A stretch of DNA of 54,664 bases, filler included, from Stramenopiles sp. TOSAG23-2 (lineage: Eukaryota), in the NCBI GenBank assembly GCA_900128395.1. It is 4 parts of 4 records of this genome, joined end to end, with 100 filler letters (N's around TTAATTAATTAA, not from the genome) between each part and the next. Parts side by side here need not be neighbours in the genome. Positions count along the whole stretch, not along the records: positions 1 to 13,620 come from LT649793.1; positions 13,721 to 27,311 come from LT649794.1; 2 more parts are not named here. The stretch is one strand, 5' to 3'. Below are positions 10,239 to 21,671 of the stretch, one piece after another (within the stretch, counting starts at the first letter, position 1; each line of letters starts with the position of its first letter). A program made the position numbers and the translations under genes. Below the pieces are notes generated by a model. That model did not search any database and was not told where the DNA came from. It saw nothing but the letters and a program-made list of their open reading frames with translations.

Positions 10239-11096
10239 TTTCGATTTTTGATCTTTTTCTTTTGTTTGTTGTTTTAGTATGTAGTTGTTTTTTTTTCTTT
10301 TTGTTATTGTTTGTTGTTTATGTGCTTTGCGTGTATAGACTATGTCTGTATATAGATGTATGTTCTTTATCTTGGTGTTGGACAGTGTAATATTAATATC
10401 AAGTCCGGTAATAAATATTAAATATTATTTTAATTTGCCCCCCTTTATTTTGCCAAGTATGTAGTCTATGGATTATACTTAGTATATGTATAAACTGGTA
10501 AAGTGTTGTTCCTGTTAGTGGTGTGTAGTGTGTACCTGTGGTGATTTGTGTATTTTGCAAATTTTCAAATTTTTTTTGTTTTTTAAGCGCGGGAGGAAGT
10601 ACAACTCATATCCATACCTGGCATACCAGCATATTATACTTATTATAGACTATAACTTTAATTAATTTTGAAACAAAATATTTTGCCTTTCTCCTCGGAT
10701 TTACAATAATCAATAAAGCCATATTGATAGGTACTTTTATTTAACTCTATTAATACCGAATTGCACACTCCAGAATATTTTGTGAAAATTCTCTATTTCT
10801 ATCCTCAAGTACCAAGTACATCATTCCAGCATTGTTGAGTTCAGCAGGAGGGATTCCAGCCTTTGCACCTTTCGGTATAATAAAAAATAATAATAATAAT
10901 AGAAAGAAAATAATAATAGAATAAATATTTTTGATATTAATACACAAAAACAAAGTTTCAAAACACTGTGAATTAATCTATAGCATGGTCCGAAAATGAA
11001 ATACCAGAAGAGATATCCAAACTCTTTTTTACATTTTCCTTTTATCTACCACTATTGCACCCTTTGCACCACCGGAACAAATTAGTTTGTTAAGAA

Positions 11097-13013
11097 ATGA
11101 GTAGCAATGATGAAGAAAAGGAATGGGTTGTGAATCCATTACAAACAAATAATACAATGGATAAAAATCAATCAGAACCAATGCAGTTGGAATTTGACGA
11201 GACCAAACCTACAAAGTATCAAAGATGCAAGATTTTGTGTAGTCGTGAAAGTTTAATGATATCATTAATAGTAATCAGTTTCAGTTTAGGTAAATTTTAT
11301 ATATGGTTCCTCTTCTACCAACGAAGTATAAAGGGTGCGTGGGTATTTCTGGTTTTAGCTACGTTAGATTGGTTGCTATTTATATACTTTATCGCTCGTA
11401 TTTGTATGAACATTTGTTGCAAAAATATTTTAAATAAAGATGAGGATACACTTCCTCAGATGACAAAAGATAATATGAAAACTGAATTAGAAGGAGAGGG
11501 GGCTGGTGGAGTTGATACGAAAAAATCATCTACAATTGAAGTTTGGAAGTCTCGTTATATGGATGTATTTGATGTGAATGGAAAATATTACATTATAAAG
11601 ATGCATGTGGCTGAGGCGCTTGAGCACATTCAACAGATTTATTCACTAAACACCATTTACTTTTGCTCCATGCCTGTGGAAATCTCTCTTATTGTATGTT
11701 TCGTTTTGGCCATTGAAATATTGATATTGATATGGTCTACCTTCAATATGAGGTCACAAGAGGTACGGGATAGAATTGTATTGCTAGACATTTTGGTAGA
11801 CTTATTCTGCCTTTCATTCCCACTTTTATATACTTGGCTTATGTTTTATGTTCCCATAACAATAATTGAATTGTATTTAATATTGATTTATCCTTCACTA
11901 TCAGTTTTAGCAAAATTTAATGAGATCTGGGAAGATTATTTAAAAATAGATTTACAACGTCTCGATGCGAAAAACAAAAATAAAAAATCGACCACCGTTT
12001 CTCGTAGGCGAAGAAGCATTTTGAATTTATCTCATAATATAGAAACAATCGAAGCTCAAATAAAGCATTTTCCAGTTTGGCTTCGGTGCAGCTTTTCAGC
12101 ACTCAATTTAGCATTCTTTATGTTCTTCGCTAGCTTAATTGTGGTGCATACAGGAACAAAACCATCAGATGAGACATGCAGTAATATTTTAACAAATCAA
12201 ATTTGGAGTAATTGTCCAGTCCCAGTTCCATTTTGTAAAAATCCGTATGTTGCAAATTGCGATTGTGCAGTCCTGGAAATAATTAATTACACGAATAAAA
12301 CTTTGCCCCCGCAATTTGAGCAATTATCATCGTTAAAGAAGTTATGCCTTTTCAATGGACAATTAGAAACAATACCAACAGCATTTGGAAAAAACCATAA
12401 AAAGCTACTCCTGCTACTTATGATTGGGCAAAAGTTGAAGACATTGCCTGAAAGTATTGTAGAAATACCAGATCTAATAAATCTTGCTGTTTACAACAAT
12501 CAATTGACTTCGTTACCAGAGCGCATTGGAAGTTTGAAAAAATTGACTTATCTTCAAGCTTTTAATAATCAATTAACCAAATTGCCTTCGGATTTGGCGA
12601 ATATGGACAATTTGGTTAATCTTTACATGTGGAATAATTTAATAGAGTCCCTTCCAGAGAGTATGGATAAACTTCAGCGATTAGCAAAAGTTGATTTTCG
12701 TCATAATAATTTGAAACAACTACCCTCAACATCTAATAAATGGAATAATATTCAGTATCTTTATCTTGCAAATAACCCACTATGTGATGATAACGAGGTA
12801 AGCTTCCCGCCTAACTTGGAAGATGCTATTGGTTTGTGTAAGCAACAATGCACCGCAGATTGTCCAAGTTTTTGGTTGCACAATGGTTGGTGTGATGACA
12901 GTGATTATGCCTTCTATTACATGAAAAGCTATAAACCTGATATAAAGCCAAAACATAATAGTGGTTGCAACGTTGCCGACTGTCAATATGACACAGGGGA
13001 TTGCAAAACATAG
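11097..13013 (+). CDS. Multi-pass membrane protein with C-terminal LRR array and LNR (Lin12/Notch)-like repeat
   Basis: About 6-7 hydrophobic helices at aa 50-350. Cys-rich cap CPVPVPFC...CDC. 23-aa LRRs (NNQLTSLPERIGSLKKLTYL). C-terminus CTADCPSFWLHNGWCD...GCNVADCQYDTGDC. Confidence 0.8.
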   Translation: MSSNDEEKEWVVNPLQTNNTMDKNQSEPMQLEFDETKPTKYQRCKILCSRESLMISLIVISFSLGKFYIWFLFYQRSIKGAWVFLVLATLDWLLFIYFIARICMNICCKNILNKDEDTLPQMTKDNMKTELEGEGAGGVDTKKSSTIEVWKSRYMDVFDVNGKYYIIKMHVAEALEHIQQIYSLNTIYFCSMPVEISLIVCFVLAIEILILIWSTFNMRSQEVRDRIVLLDILVDLFCLSFPLLYTWLMFYVPITIIELYLILIYPSLSVLAKFNEIWEDYLKIDLQRLDAKNKNKKSTTVSRRRRSILNLSHNIETIEAQIKHFPVWLRCSFSALNLAFFMFFASLIVVHTGTKPSDETCSNILTNQIWSNCPVPVPFCKNPYVANCDCAVLEIINYTNKTLPPQFEQLSSLKKLCLFNGQLETIPTAFGKNHKKLLLLLMIGQKLKTLPESIVEIPDLINLAVYNNQLTSLPERIGSLKKLTYLQAFNNQLTKLPSDLANMDNLVNLYMWNNLIESLPESMDKLQRLAKVDFRHNNLKQLPSTSNKWNNIQYLYLANNPLCDDNEVSFPPNLEDAIGLCKQQCTADCPSFWLHNGWCDDSDYAFYYMKSYKPDIKPKHNSGCNVADCQYDTGDCKT

Positions 13014-13620
13014 CCGGATACAAAAACGTTTGTTGTACTGTAAAATTACATAATTATATATACCTATAGGGTTCTTTTAGAATACCTTAAAAATATAATG
13101 TATAATTTCTGTGATAATTTTTATAAATTTTGTTTTGTTTTTGGCCTCCCACAACACAACAAAAAATCACAACTTTTGCTTGTGATGTAATTTAATATCT
13201 TCCGTAAAATCTTCATTAAACGGCATGCCATATAAATGATTTATACTTTAAAGGCTTTGTTTCCCCTTTCGCTTTTAACATTGGATTAATTTTTGCCCAT
13301 TCTTTATCAAAATTTTCTCTATGGAGCGTAGTATTTAAATGAGTCATGTGTGTTAGAGTATAATAAATTATTTATTATTATTTATTACAGATGTGTGGCT
13401 ATCATTACAGTATTATTTTAGTTTATGTTTATTACATGAGATGTGCATATCCCTCTGCTCATATTTTAAGGTATGGGCTGTAGCAGGGAAGAACGAAGGG
13501 AATCAAGCTACAGTACTTCTTTCTACTCTGTTCCATAACGCCAACATCCATTATGGCACTATGAATAGTGTTATTTTTTTCATATTTTGACACTTTTTCC
13601 ACTATTTTAAATAGGAAAAT

Positions 13621-13720
13621 NNNNNNNNNNNNNNNNNNNNNNNNNNNNNNNNNNNNNNNNNNNNTTAATTAATTAANNNNNNNNNNNNNNNNNNNNNNNN
13701 NNNNNNNNNNNNNNNNNNNN
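13621..13720. other. Artificial contig linker (N44-TTAATTAATTAA-N44)
   Basis: 100-nt spacer with a six-frame stop 12-mer, identical in design to the other two linkers. Confidence 0.97.
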
Positions 13721-16443
13721 AAGACATAATTAGGATGAACCATAATCAAAGCACTACTACTGCTATCACCACTACCATCAATATCCATTTGATTATCTTG
13801 TGCAACGCGTATTAATACATTATCTTTATCCAATAACCGTTTGATTACACGTATGCATAATTTTCTTTCTCTTTTTATTTCTTCCTCATCATCTTCAATA
13901 CCAAGTTGATCCAAATAATATTTTACTATTTCCTCTTGCGTCAAACCAGGACGACTTCGATTTTCTAAACTACGTAAATGCATCGCAATCATATTTGCCA
14001 TTTGTTGATATTTTTCAAACGTAACTTTGACTTTTTTCTTTTTCTTTTTCTTTTTTGGTTTATCATTTGTATCACCATCTTGTTCTATAGCAGTACTGCC
14101 TTCTACTATAGCAGTACTGGTAGCATTTGTTGTTGTTGTTGAAGTAGTGGTGGTGCTTGTTGTTGTTGAAATGGCTGTACTATTTGGATCTGGTGCATTT
14201 GGATTTAACCCATCGCCTTGTTGTTGTTGTCCCAACTGTTGCATACTACCTGGGATAACGCTTTCCAACATTTGATTTACCGCATTTGCATCTTCATCAT
14301 TAAAACTATTATTACTATTATCGTTCATTTCATCTTCTTCTTCATCCTCTTCATCAAATTCTACATCATCGTGTTCAACGGTAACGATAGATTTACGCAA
14401 TAAACGATATGCTTCCCTAACATATTTTGGCGAAATTTCATCTGCTAAATGTAAGCGTGCAAGTGCTTCGGATATACGTACCATTGCTTCTAATTGACGT
14501 ACCGTAATACGGTAAGATGCACGATTTGCACCAACTGCATCACCTTCTCGTAAACGTACATAACATCTAACAAGTTCTTGTTGTGACTCTGGTGTTATTA
14601 TTGGGTTGAAGCAACGTGCAAATTTAATATAACGTTGCATTTGCTCTGTGCTATATGGTGCAGCCGCCGCTTCTTCTTTGTGCGTATGTACACTAACAAT
14701 ATGTTGAGCAATGTGATGATCACTCACTTCATCACATTCATCTAAAACTATGAAAAATAAATCAAACCTAGACATAATCGGTGCACTGATATTTAAATTT
14801 CCTTTCAAAGATTTCGTACGATCATACCTGCCATATATTGGATTGGCAGCAGCTAATATGGACGTACGCGCATTTAGTGTTGCTTTAATACCAGCTTTCG
14901 TGATGGAAATAGTTTGCTGTTCCATCGCTTCGTGAATGGCTACTTGATCGGTTAAATCCATTTTATCAAACTCATCAATACAACAAATACTATTATCTGC
15001 TAACATCAATGCACCTGCTTCGATGACAAATTCACCCGTATCCGGATCTTTCATCACACTAGCAGTTAAACCCGCAGCACTACTTGCTTTACCACTGGTG
15101 AATACAGCACGTGGCAAGAAGGAGCATACGTATTTTAAAAATTGACTTTTCGCAGTAGATGGGTCACCAACAACACATATATTAATATCCCCACGCAAAC
15201 GCATACCTTCCGGTGTTGATTTATGCACTCCACCAAACAACATCAACAATATACCACGTTTAATCTCCTCATGGCCATAAACGGTGGGCGCAATACTATT
15301 AACTAAACGATTGTACAAATCTCTTTGATCTCTCATTCGCATAATTTCCTCTCTTTCTTCTGGTGTAAATTGCGTCGCAACATCTTCCTCTTCATCATCA
15401 CCACGTATTGTCCATCCAGTTCCACCACCTGGTTCACTCCAAGTTGCTTGTACGCTACTACCTAAAAAGGAGAGACGATATGTTAAATCTCGTACCCCTA
15501 ATGCTTTTAAACCGGTAACACCACCTCCTGCACCACTTATACTAGTTTCGCCACCACGACCGAAATTACCCCCGCGTCCAATCTTTGCACTTTCGCCACT
15601 TTTCATCATTTGCTTCACATCTGGAATAACAACTAATGCACCAGTGAAAACTAATTTATCCCCAGGCTTTGCTTTTTCCACCGCTTCATGACGTAATATA
15701 ATATCAACACTACGTGGTAAACTTCCGGGTGGAATTTCATCTGAATTTTCCTGAACACGAACACGTTGCCAATCAACAAATTTGCTTTTTTCCGTATCGA
15801 TTTGCCATGCCTTTGTATTTGTGCATGCCGGATTTTTACACAAAGCTGGTTCCGTATATTTAAATTGTTGTTCAATATTTTCAGCCAATGTACCACATTG
15901 TAAGCAAGTAAACGTACCATACAATAATTCAGGTCTAACTTCCGTAGTGCGTGTTACGGTACCTTGAATTGCACATAATTTACCAATCTTATCCGTGCGT
16001 AAATCACGAACGCGTTCAACTGTTGTCATGTTGTAAAACGATACGAAAAATTCTTTATCGCCTTGTTCGCCTTGCACATATTGTGCAGTTTCTGGAATAC
16101 TACGAATAAATACTTGTACACCTTTTCGTAAAAACTGTTCGTAGCGATAAAATGCTAGTTGTAACGCTTCTGCTAATGTTGGATCGTGTTGTAATACGTG
16201 TCTGAAATCAACATATAATGTCGTATGCTCCTCATTTTTCATATTTAATGCCTGATCCACATATTCTAACAATGCTTGTTGACTATGTTGTGACATTTGT
16301 GAAGTTGGTAAAATATCTTCATCTATTGTAAATGTTTGTAAAAAATCAACAAATCTTCGTTGGACTTCGACACCTTGTTGATCAATGATACCACCAGAAA
16401 AATTAGCTTGTTGACCAACTTGTGGTCCCATTAAATTCGCCAT
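13721..16443 (-). CDS. MCM6: DNA replication licensing factor MCM6 (last codons cut at the contig end)
   Basis: VTRTTEVRPEL, zinc finger, SKFVDWQRVRVQEN..EIPPGSLPRS, Walker A GDPSTAKSQFL, CCIDEFDKMD, MSRFDL, RITVRQLEAMVRISEA, winged-helix tail ending VHPNY. Confidence 0.97.
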
Positions 16444-16781
16444 CTTTTTAACTTTTATTTGTTACGGGTGAGAATTAAAATCTTCAATGCAGAATGATAA
16501 TAATTATAATTATTACTATAACTAGTTACCACTTGTAACTTATATATGTATTTGTTTGATTCAACTGTGCAATATAATTTTCAAATCTATATTTTATACA
16601 AATCAATTTTGTATACAAAATGTTGTGATGACCTAACATCACTCTCACATAATGTATACTAACAAGTAGAAATAATATGGTGTGAGATTGATATTTAGGA
16701 ATTTCCTTCCCACCAAAAATAAGCTGCATTGTGTGTCGTGTTAAATTTAAAATGTGTATTATACAACATGATCTCGATATA

Positions 16782-16945
16782 CTCGAAACATCTCGGACGA
16801 CTGTTCCCACTTTCTTATACTTGTTAGTATAATAACAACACTTCTAACAAATATAAAATTTGGTGAAGCTATGTCTATAGTAATGTTACGATTACAGAAA
16901 GTTATACTTATTTTTCATAGGCGAAATGGCCCGAGATGTTTCGAG
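16782..16945. repeat. Perfect 15-bp inverted repeat enclosing 134 nt
   Basis: ctcgaaacatctcgg (16782-16796) and ccgagatgtttcgag (16931-16945). Confidence 0.85.
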
Positions 16946-17354
16946 AGGTTGTGTTTATACTTTTTGCTGCTGTGATGCTGGTGTTATTTTTATAATGCTA
17001 TGTCTATATTAGTTGAAAATTAAAATAATTTTTAGAAGAAAAAAAAAAAAAAAATGTTTTTGTGAAAATAAATATTTTAACAAGACTGCACACTATTGAA
17101 AAAAAAATATAAACTGTGTAATAATAAATAATAACTAATTCATATGATGGCCTACTAAATAAATAATTCTAAATAATAGAAGAAGAAGACGAAATATATA
17201 TTAATATTTGTAACGTGTTTGTGTATAAATACTTACGCAATGATCAACAAGTATATATATCATTATTTATAAGATAAAGACATCTATATATATCATATAT
17301 ATAATCAAAGAATAATAGTATATATATATACGAAAAAAAAAGATTCTCGTCATC

Positions 17355-19280
17355 ATGGGGAAAGCAAGTGAACAAAGTATCTCCATGTGCATATTGACAT
17401 GTGGTTGTATATGGCTTATACTTGGTATTACTTTTTCCGTTTTATGGGGTAATACAACGCCACCGGAGTCACCTTTATGGTTAAACGTAGGCTTATGCAG
17501 AAATTCATCTAAAGCTAAAGCTTATGGCAGTTCGCTATGGATGGGCCCAACTGATTTATATACCCAAGGAAATTCAGAAGGTTGCAAATCACCTGTGCCT
17601 GATGTGGGCAAAGCATCCATATCAAAAATCGCAACTAAACACTTAGTCAAAGACTTTCCATACTTTCCAAGAGTATTTGCTACTGATCTAATGGATATTA
17701 TTTCTTTAAACGTCACTGTAAGTTATGATGGCGAGCTTTTAAAAACTTGGACATTATCTACGACTAGTGGCGAGAATGGAGAAAAGCTAGTGAAAGGGCG
17801 TAGGTTATCTACTAGTGGACGTAAATTATTGAAAGGTGGTAGTAGTAGTAGTGGTAGTAATGGTCCATCAAGACGAGACTCGCGTTCTCACAGTTCACGT
17901 TACTATAGAACTGGTGGGACCGGTGTTTATGTATATTCAAGCACACGTTACGGTGGACGTAAAAGGCGTGCAGTTGAAGGCACAGCAGAAGGTTTTGTAC
18001 ATGCAGTATATTCCCCAGTTGCAATGTTTGGTGAACGTCAAAGAGTACCAAATCCTCCAAAGGCTCCTGCTGGTCAAAAATATGCTCCGCTTAATGGTTA
18101 CAAAAATTCATATAATAATATTAACAGTTGTACGGATTATCAAAAAGGTTGTGAAGTAACTATGTATAGTAGTTTATCTCTTTATGAAATGAATGGCGAA
18201 GGGAAATTTATTACACCTACTCGCGAGGCAGAAACTGAAAGGAAAAATCCAGACTTTTATCAAGTTAGTTCTACAGTACATGCTAGATTTGACGCGGAAA
18301 CTGCTGCAATGAGTGATGCTACCAGGTATACAACGGAATTTCCAAAAATCTTTGTTACATTTGCAACAGATCGGGCAGATCCTAATAATGCTGTATATGG
18401 TACTCTCTGTGTCTTATCATGGATCATGTTATTTTGTTCCTTGCCTTGTGGTGCTGCATGTGCAAATTGTTTATGTGGCAAAAAAACAGGAGGATATAGC
18501 AATGAGATGGTTTCAACTGGTGGTAGTGTTTACACGAACAAATTGAATGATAATCAAACGCATGACATTCCACTTGAGTATACAGCAAATATTGATCAAT
18601 TTGCTGTTGTACAACCAATGCAAGGTGATTATTACATTAATAAGTATAATGATGATTATACAAATACCGATATTGCTGGTAATTTCAGTGGGCGTGTTAC
18701 CCGTATTAATTTACATACGAATGATGTTGCAGTTATACGCGGTTTAAATCGCATGCCATTATTATCTCAACTGGACCTATGCAATAATAATTTGAAAAAT
18801 TTAAATGGTTTAAATCAATCAAGAAGCTTGCGCAAACTTGTTGTCGATGACAATAATCTAATAAATTTATTAGGTTTAGCTAGTCAATCAATAGTTTATT
18901 TCAGAGCTAGAAATAATGATTTAAGAAACGTATCTGGTGTCCAGGCACCAATGTTACAATTGTTAGATTGTGCTAATAATGATATTGAAGACATTAGTGG
19001 GATTAGTTCTTCTTCAGCACCATCTTTAAAAGTGTTGAATCTTTCAAACAACAATATTACCAGCTTAACTTCATTGTGTAATATGGCTTATTTGGAAGCT
19101 GTTTGTGTAAGTTCAAATGATATTAAAAATGTTAACCAAGTTATTCCCATGATCAACTCGTGCCCAAGTTTAAAATATTTGGATTTGCGCAATAATGATT
19201 TGCCAGAGAGCAATATAAATCAATTAAAAGAAGTATGTCAATATCATAAGCCCGTACCGATTAAATTAGTAACTGAGTAA
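17355..19280 (+). CDS. Two-TM membrane protein with large loop and C-terminal LRR domain
   Basis: Hydrophobic, Cys-rich segments at aa ~10-31 and ~346-372. 22-aa SDS22-like LRRs (LSQLDLCNNNLKNLNGL, LKVLNLSNNNITSLTSL) at aa ~445-620. Confidence 0.75.
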   Translation: MGKASEQSISMCILTCGCIWLILGITFSVLWGNTTPPESPLWLNVGLCRNSSKAKAYGSSLWMGPTDLYTQGNSEGCKSPVPDVGKASISKIATKHLVKDFPYFPRVFATDLMDIISLNVTVSYDGELLKTWTLSTTSGENGEKLVKGRRLSTSGRKLLKGGSSSSGSNGPSRRDSRSHSSRYYRTGGTGVYVYSSTRYGGRKRRAVEGTAEGFVHAVYSPVAMFGERQRVPNPPKAPAGQKYAPLNGYKNSYNNINSCTDYQKGCEVTMYSSLSLYEMNGEGKFITPTREAETERKNPDFYQVSSTVHARFDAETAAMSDATRYTTEFPKIFVTFATDRADPNNAVYGTLCVLSWIMLFCSLPCGAACANCLCGKKTGGYSNEMVSTGGSVYTNKLNDNQTHDIPLEYTANIDQFAVVQPMQGDYYINKYNDDYTNTDIAGNFSGRVTRINLHTNDVAVIRGLNRMPLLSQLDLCNNNLKNLNGLNQSRSLRKLVVDDNNLINLLGLASQSIVYFRARNNDLRNVSGVQAPMLQLLDCANNDIEDISGISSSSAPSLKVLNLSNNNITSLTSLCNMAYLEAVCVSSNDIKNVNQVIPMINSCPSLKYLDLRNNDLPESNINQLKEVCQYHKPVPIKLVTE

Positions 19281-19552
19281 CTTACAGTCATGATGGAGGA
19301 AATGAAATAGAGATACGGCGGTACCGCAACAGAACGTTAGGAAAAATACAAATGTAAAGCAAATGTGTTTGGTGCTTTGTGCAATCAAAATCCATGTGGC
19401 ATACCTGTTGGTGATAATAAAGGATGTGCAAAATGGTGGAGAATGTATATGTATTTGGAGGTTTTTTTTTATAAATGAAAGGTGGAAAGGGAGTAATATA
19501 AGTATACCGATTACACATAAAAATCCTTTTTACGGCCCGTATTTTTTTATAT

Positions 19553-19733
19553 TTGCACCGTGCATATTTTACATTATCAAATAATAAACATTTTCATAAT
19601 TATAAAAATTTTGTAAATGCTGAAGTAGAATCTTTTTTCTTTGATGAAAATATAATATTGATCTCATCTAATAATAAGTACGCGGACATGAATAATGATG
19701 ATCATGATACTACTATTACTACTAATACTACTA

Positions 19734-19766
<33 letters not shown>

Positions 19767-20911
19767 TCATGGGCGATATCAGTTGTTTTATTTGTCATAA
19801 AATAATTACAAACAATGAAACTAAAATAAATGATGTTGCCTCGCAATGTGTCTCCTTTCAAATTTTTAAAGAAGTTTACAGTGAATCTACAATAGATATA
19901 TTGGCACAAGCATATATTGATAAAAAATTTAACATTTCAATGGATAGAAATTATGAAATGGATATCATTGCAATTGACACCAATAATGATAATTGTAATA
20001 ATAAATTGTCAACACGCCGACGTAGAAAAATATCAAATCAATTAGGTATACCGAGATCAAATTTTATTGTAAATAAAAAGAACGGCCATGAACGCGATTT
20101 GATTTTAAAGAACAAAGATTATTATGTTTTGTTATTGATCTATGATTCGAATGAAGCGGTAAAATCTGTGCATCTTATAAAACATATTTTTAATCATGAA
20201 AACTTATTTTCTGGTAATAATATTCTTAATAATAAAATGAAAAAGTCGAAAAAAAAAGACCCGCCATCATCAGTAGTTATTCAAGGAACAACACCAATAA
20301 AGCCTGCATTAGCAAGAATTATGTGTAATTTAGGTAATGTCACTAAGACATCGTTTTGTTTAGATCCATTTGTAGGATCTGGATCGTTACTGAAACATTG
20401 CCAAGGAACATATAACATTGGTGTTGACGCACTATCATCTCGTTTAATACAAGTTGCTAACGATGATGATAACAATGTCGATATTATCAAGAAAGAAAAA
20501 GTATTGTTGAACTATGATTTATGTCTTGGTAATGTATTTCACAAACATTTTCGTGATGGTGAATTATTTGATCAAATCATTTGTGATCCACCATACGGAC
20601 GCCGAGAAAAACATGTTGATGAATTTGGAAAAGATGATACACGTCATGATACAAATCAAGAAAGGGCCTTGGCACAATTTGAAATATTGAAACCTTTGTT
20701 TCATTTAGCTTCAAAGACATTATGTATCAATGGTAAACTTGTGTTTGGATTTTTTAATTATCCTGGCAATGAAAAATGTTATTGGAGTGTAGATGATTTG
20801 CCTAAACATGATAATCTAAAAGTGGAGAATATATGCCGTGAAGAATGGAAATATAGCAGTGGGCATATATTGGCACGAGATATTGTAGTTGTAAAACGTG
20901 TGTCCGCTTAG
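19553..20911 (+). CDS. TRM11: TRM11-like SAM-dependent tRNA m2G methyltransferase; start uncertain (first in-frame ATG at 19688)
   Basis: GTTPIKPALARIMCNLG, motif I CLDPFVGSGSLL, motif IV FDQIICDPPYGRRE, and L..NGKLVF. Confidence 0.75.
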
Positions 20912-21671
20912 GTTTTTGTAAAAAAAAATAACACAACAGTCTTCCATCTGCTGCCGGTGAATGCACGATTGGAAATCCTAACAATGGTTCAGAACCATAA
21001 TAATATGCAACCCCAGCAATACACCACATATTGAAAATAATTTCAACAGGTTTTGTCCAACTTTTTTGGTTGTAATAGCCGTAAAATAATAATAGTCCAC
21101 AAGGTGTCTGAATCAATATTTCTTGAATACTTGTAATTAAAACGGTGATTCCCTCATACCGCCCAGGCATCAAATACCTAGGTTCCAATTGCTTGTATCG
21201 TTCTGACATCATAGGCCATGCTTGTAATTGTCCTGCAAATACATCCATCATGCTATTGAAGAAGAAACCACAACAAAAGTACCAAGAAGCAGCAAGCTTA
21301 TCATTTGCATTCAACTTCACTTTGTTATTTGATAATTGTCGGTCACGAAACGTAACAAAAACAGTTACTAAACCTACGGTACACCAAAGCAATACCGGCC
21401 ATGCAAATAGATATGGTGGTAACATTTGAAACGTTACCTCAGGATGTATTGGTTGTATTAGCTCTAAAATCAACGGAGTAAAATAGCAACAAATTACAAA
21501 TAAACCAACTGGTGTTATCAATGCTTCCGACACACCTTCTTTTAAAATTGAAATTACATTTATTTCATCACCACTTTTCTTACTTTTTGTTTTTGTATTC
21601 GTAGTAATTGTTGGTTTTTTACTCTTCTTACGGCTAGAGCTACGTGTCGATCTTTTCCTTGTTGTTGGCAT
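20802..21671 (-). CDS. EBP/EXPERA-family (sterol isomerase-like) membrane protein; 3' end doubtful
   Basis: WYFCCGFF..MD, ERYKQLEPRY, QE..QTPCGLLL and GVAYYYGSE parallel EBP-family motifs (W..cG, EY..D.RY, E...GP, G..Y..E). Several TM helices. Confidence 0.6.
   Translation of the reverse strand: MPTTRKRSTRSSSRKKSKKPTITTNTKTKSKKSGDEINVISILKEGVSEALITPVGLFVICCYFTPLILELIQPIHPEVTFQMLPPYLFAWPVLLWCTVGLVTVFVTFRDRQLSNNKVKLNANDKLAASWYFCCGFFFNSMMDVFAGQLQAWPMMSERYKQLEPRYLMPGRYEGITVLITSIQEILIQTPCGLLLFYGYYNQKSWTKPVEIIFNMWCIAGVAYYYGSEPLLGFPIVHSPAADGRLLCYFFLQKPKRTHVLQLQYLVPIYAHCYISILHGIYSPLLDYHV

Noticed and set aside
13665-13676. TTAATTAATTAA palindrome recurring three times
   Set aside because: Always centred in N runs; it is a synthetic six-frame stop linker. 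The track's MCM6 stop at 13669 comes from it.
16700-16720. E2F-like site (ttcccaccaaaa) upstream of MCM6
   Set aside because: It mismatches the CG core of the E2F consensus and is a single copy.
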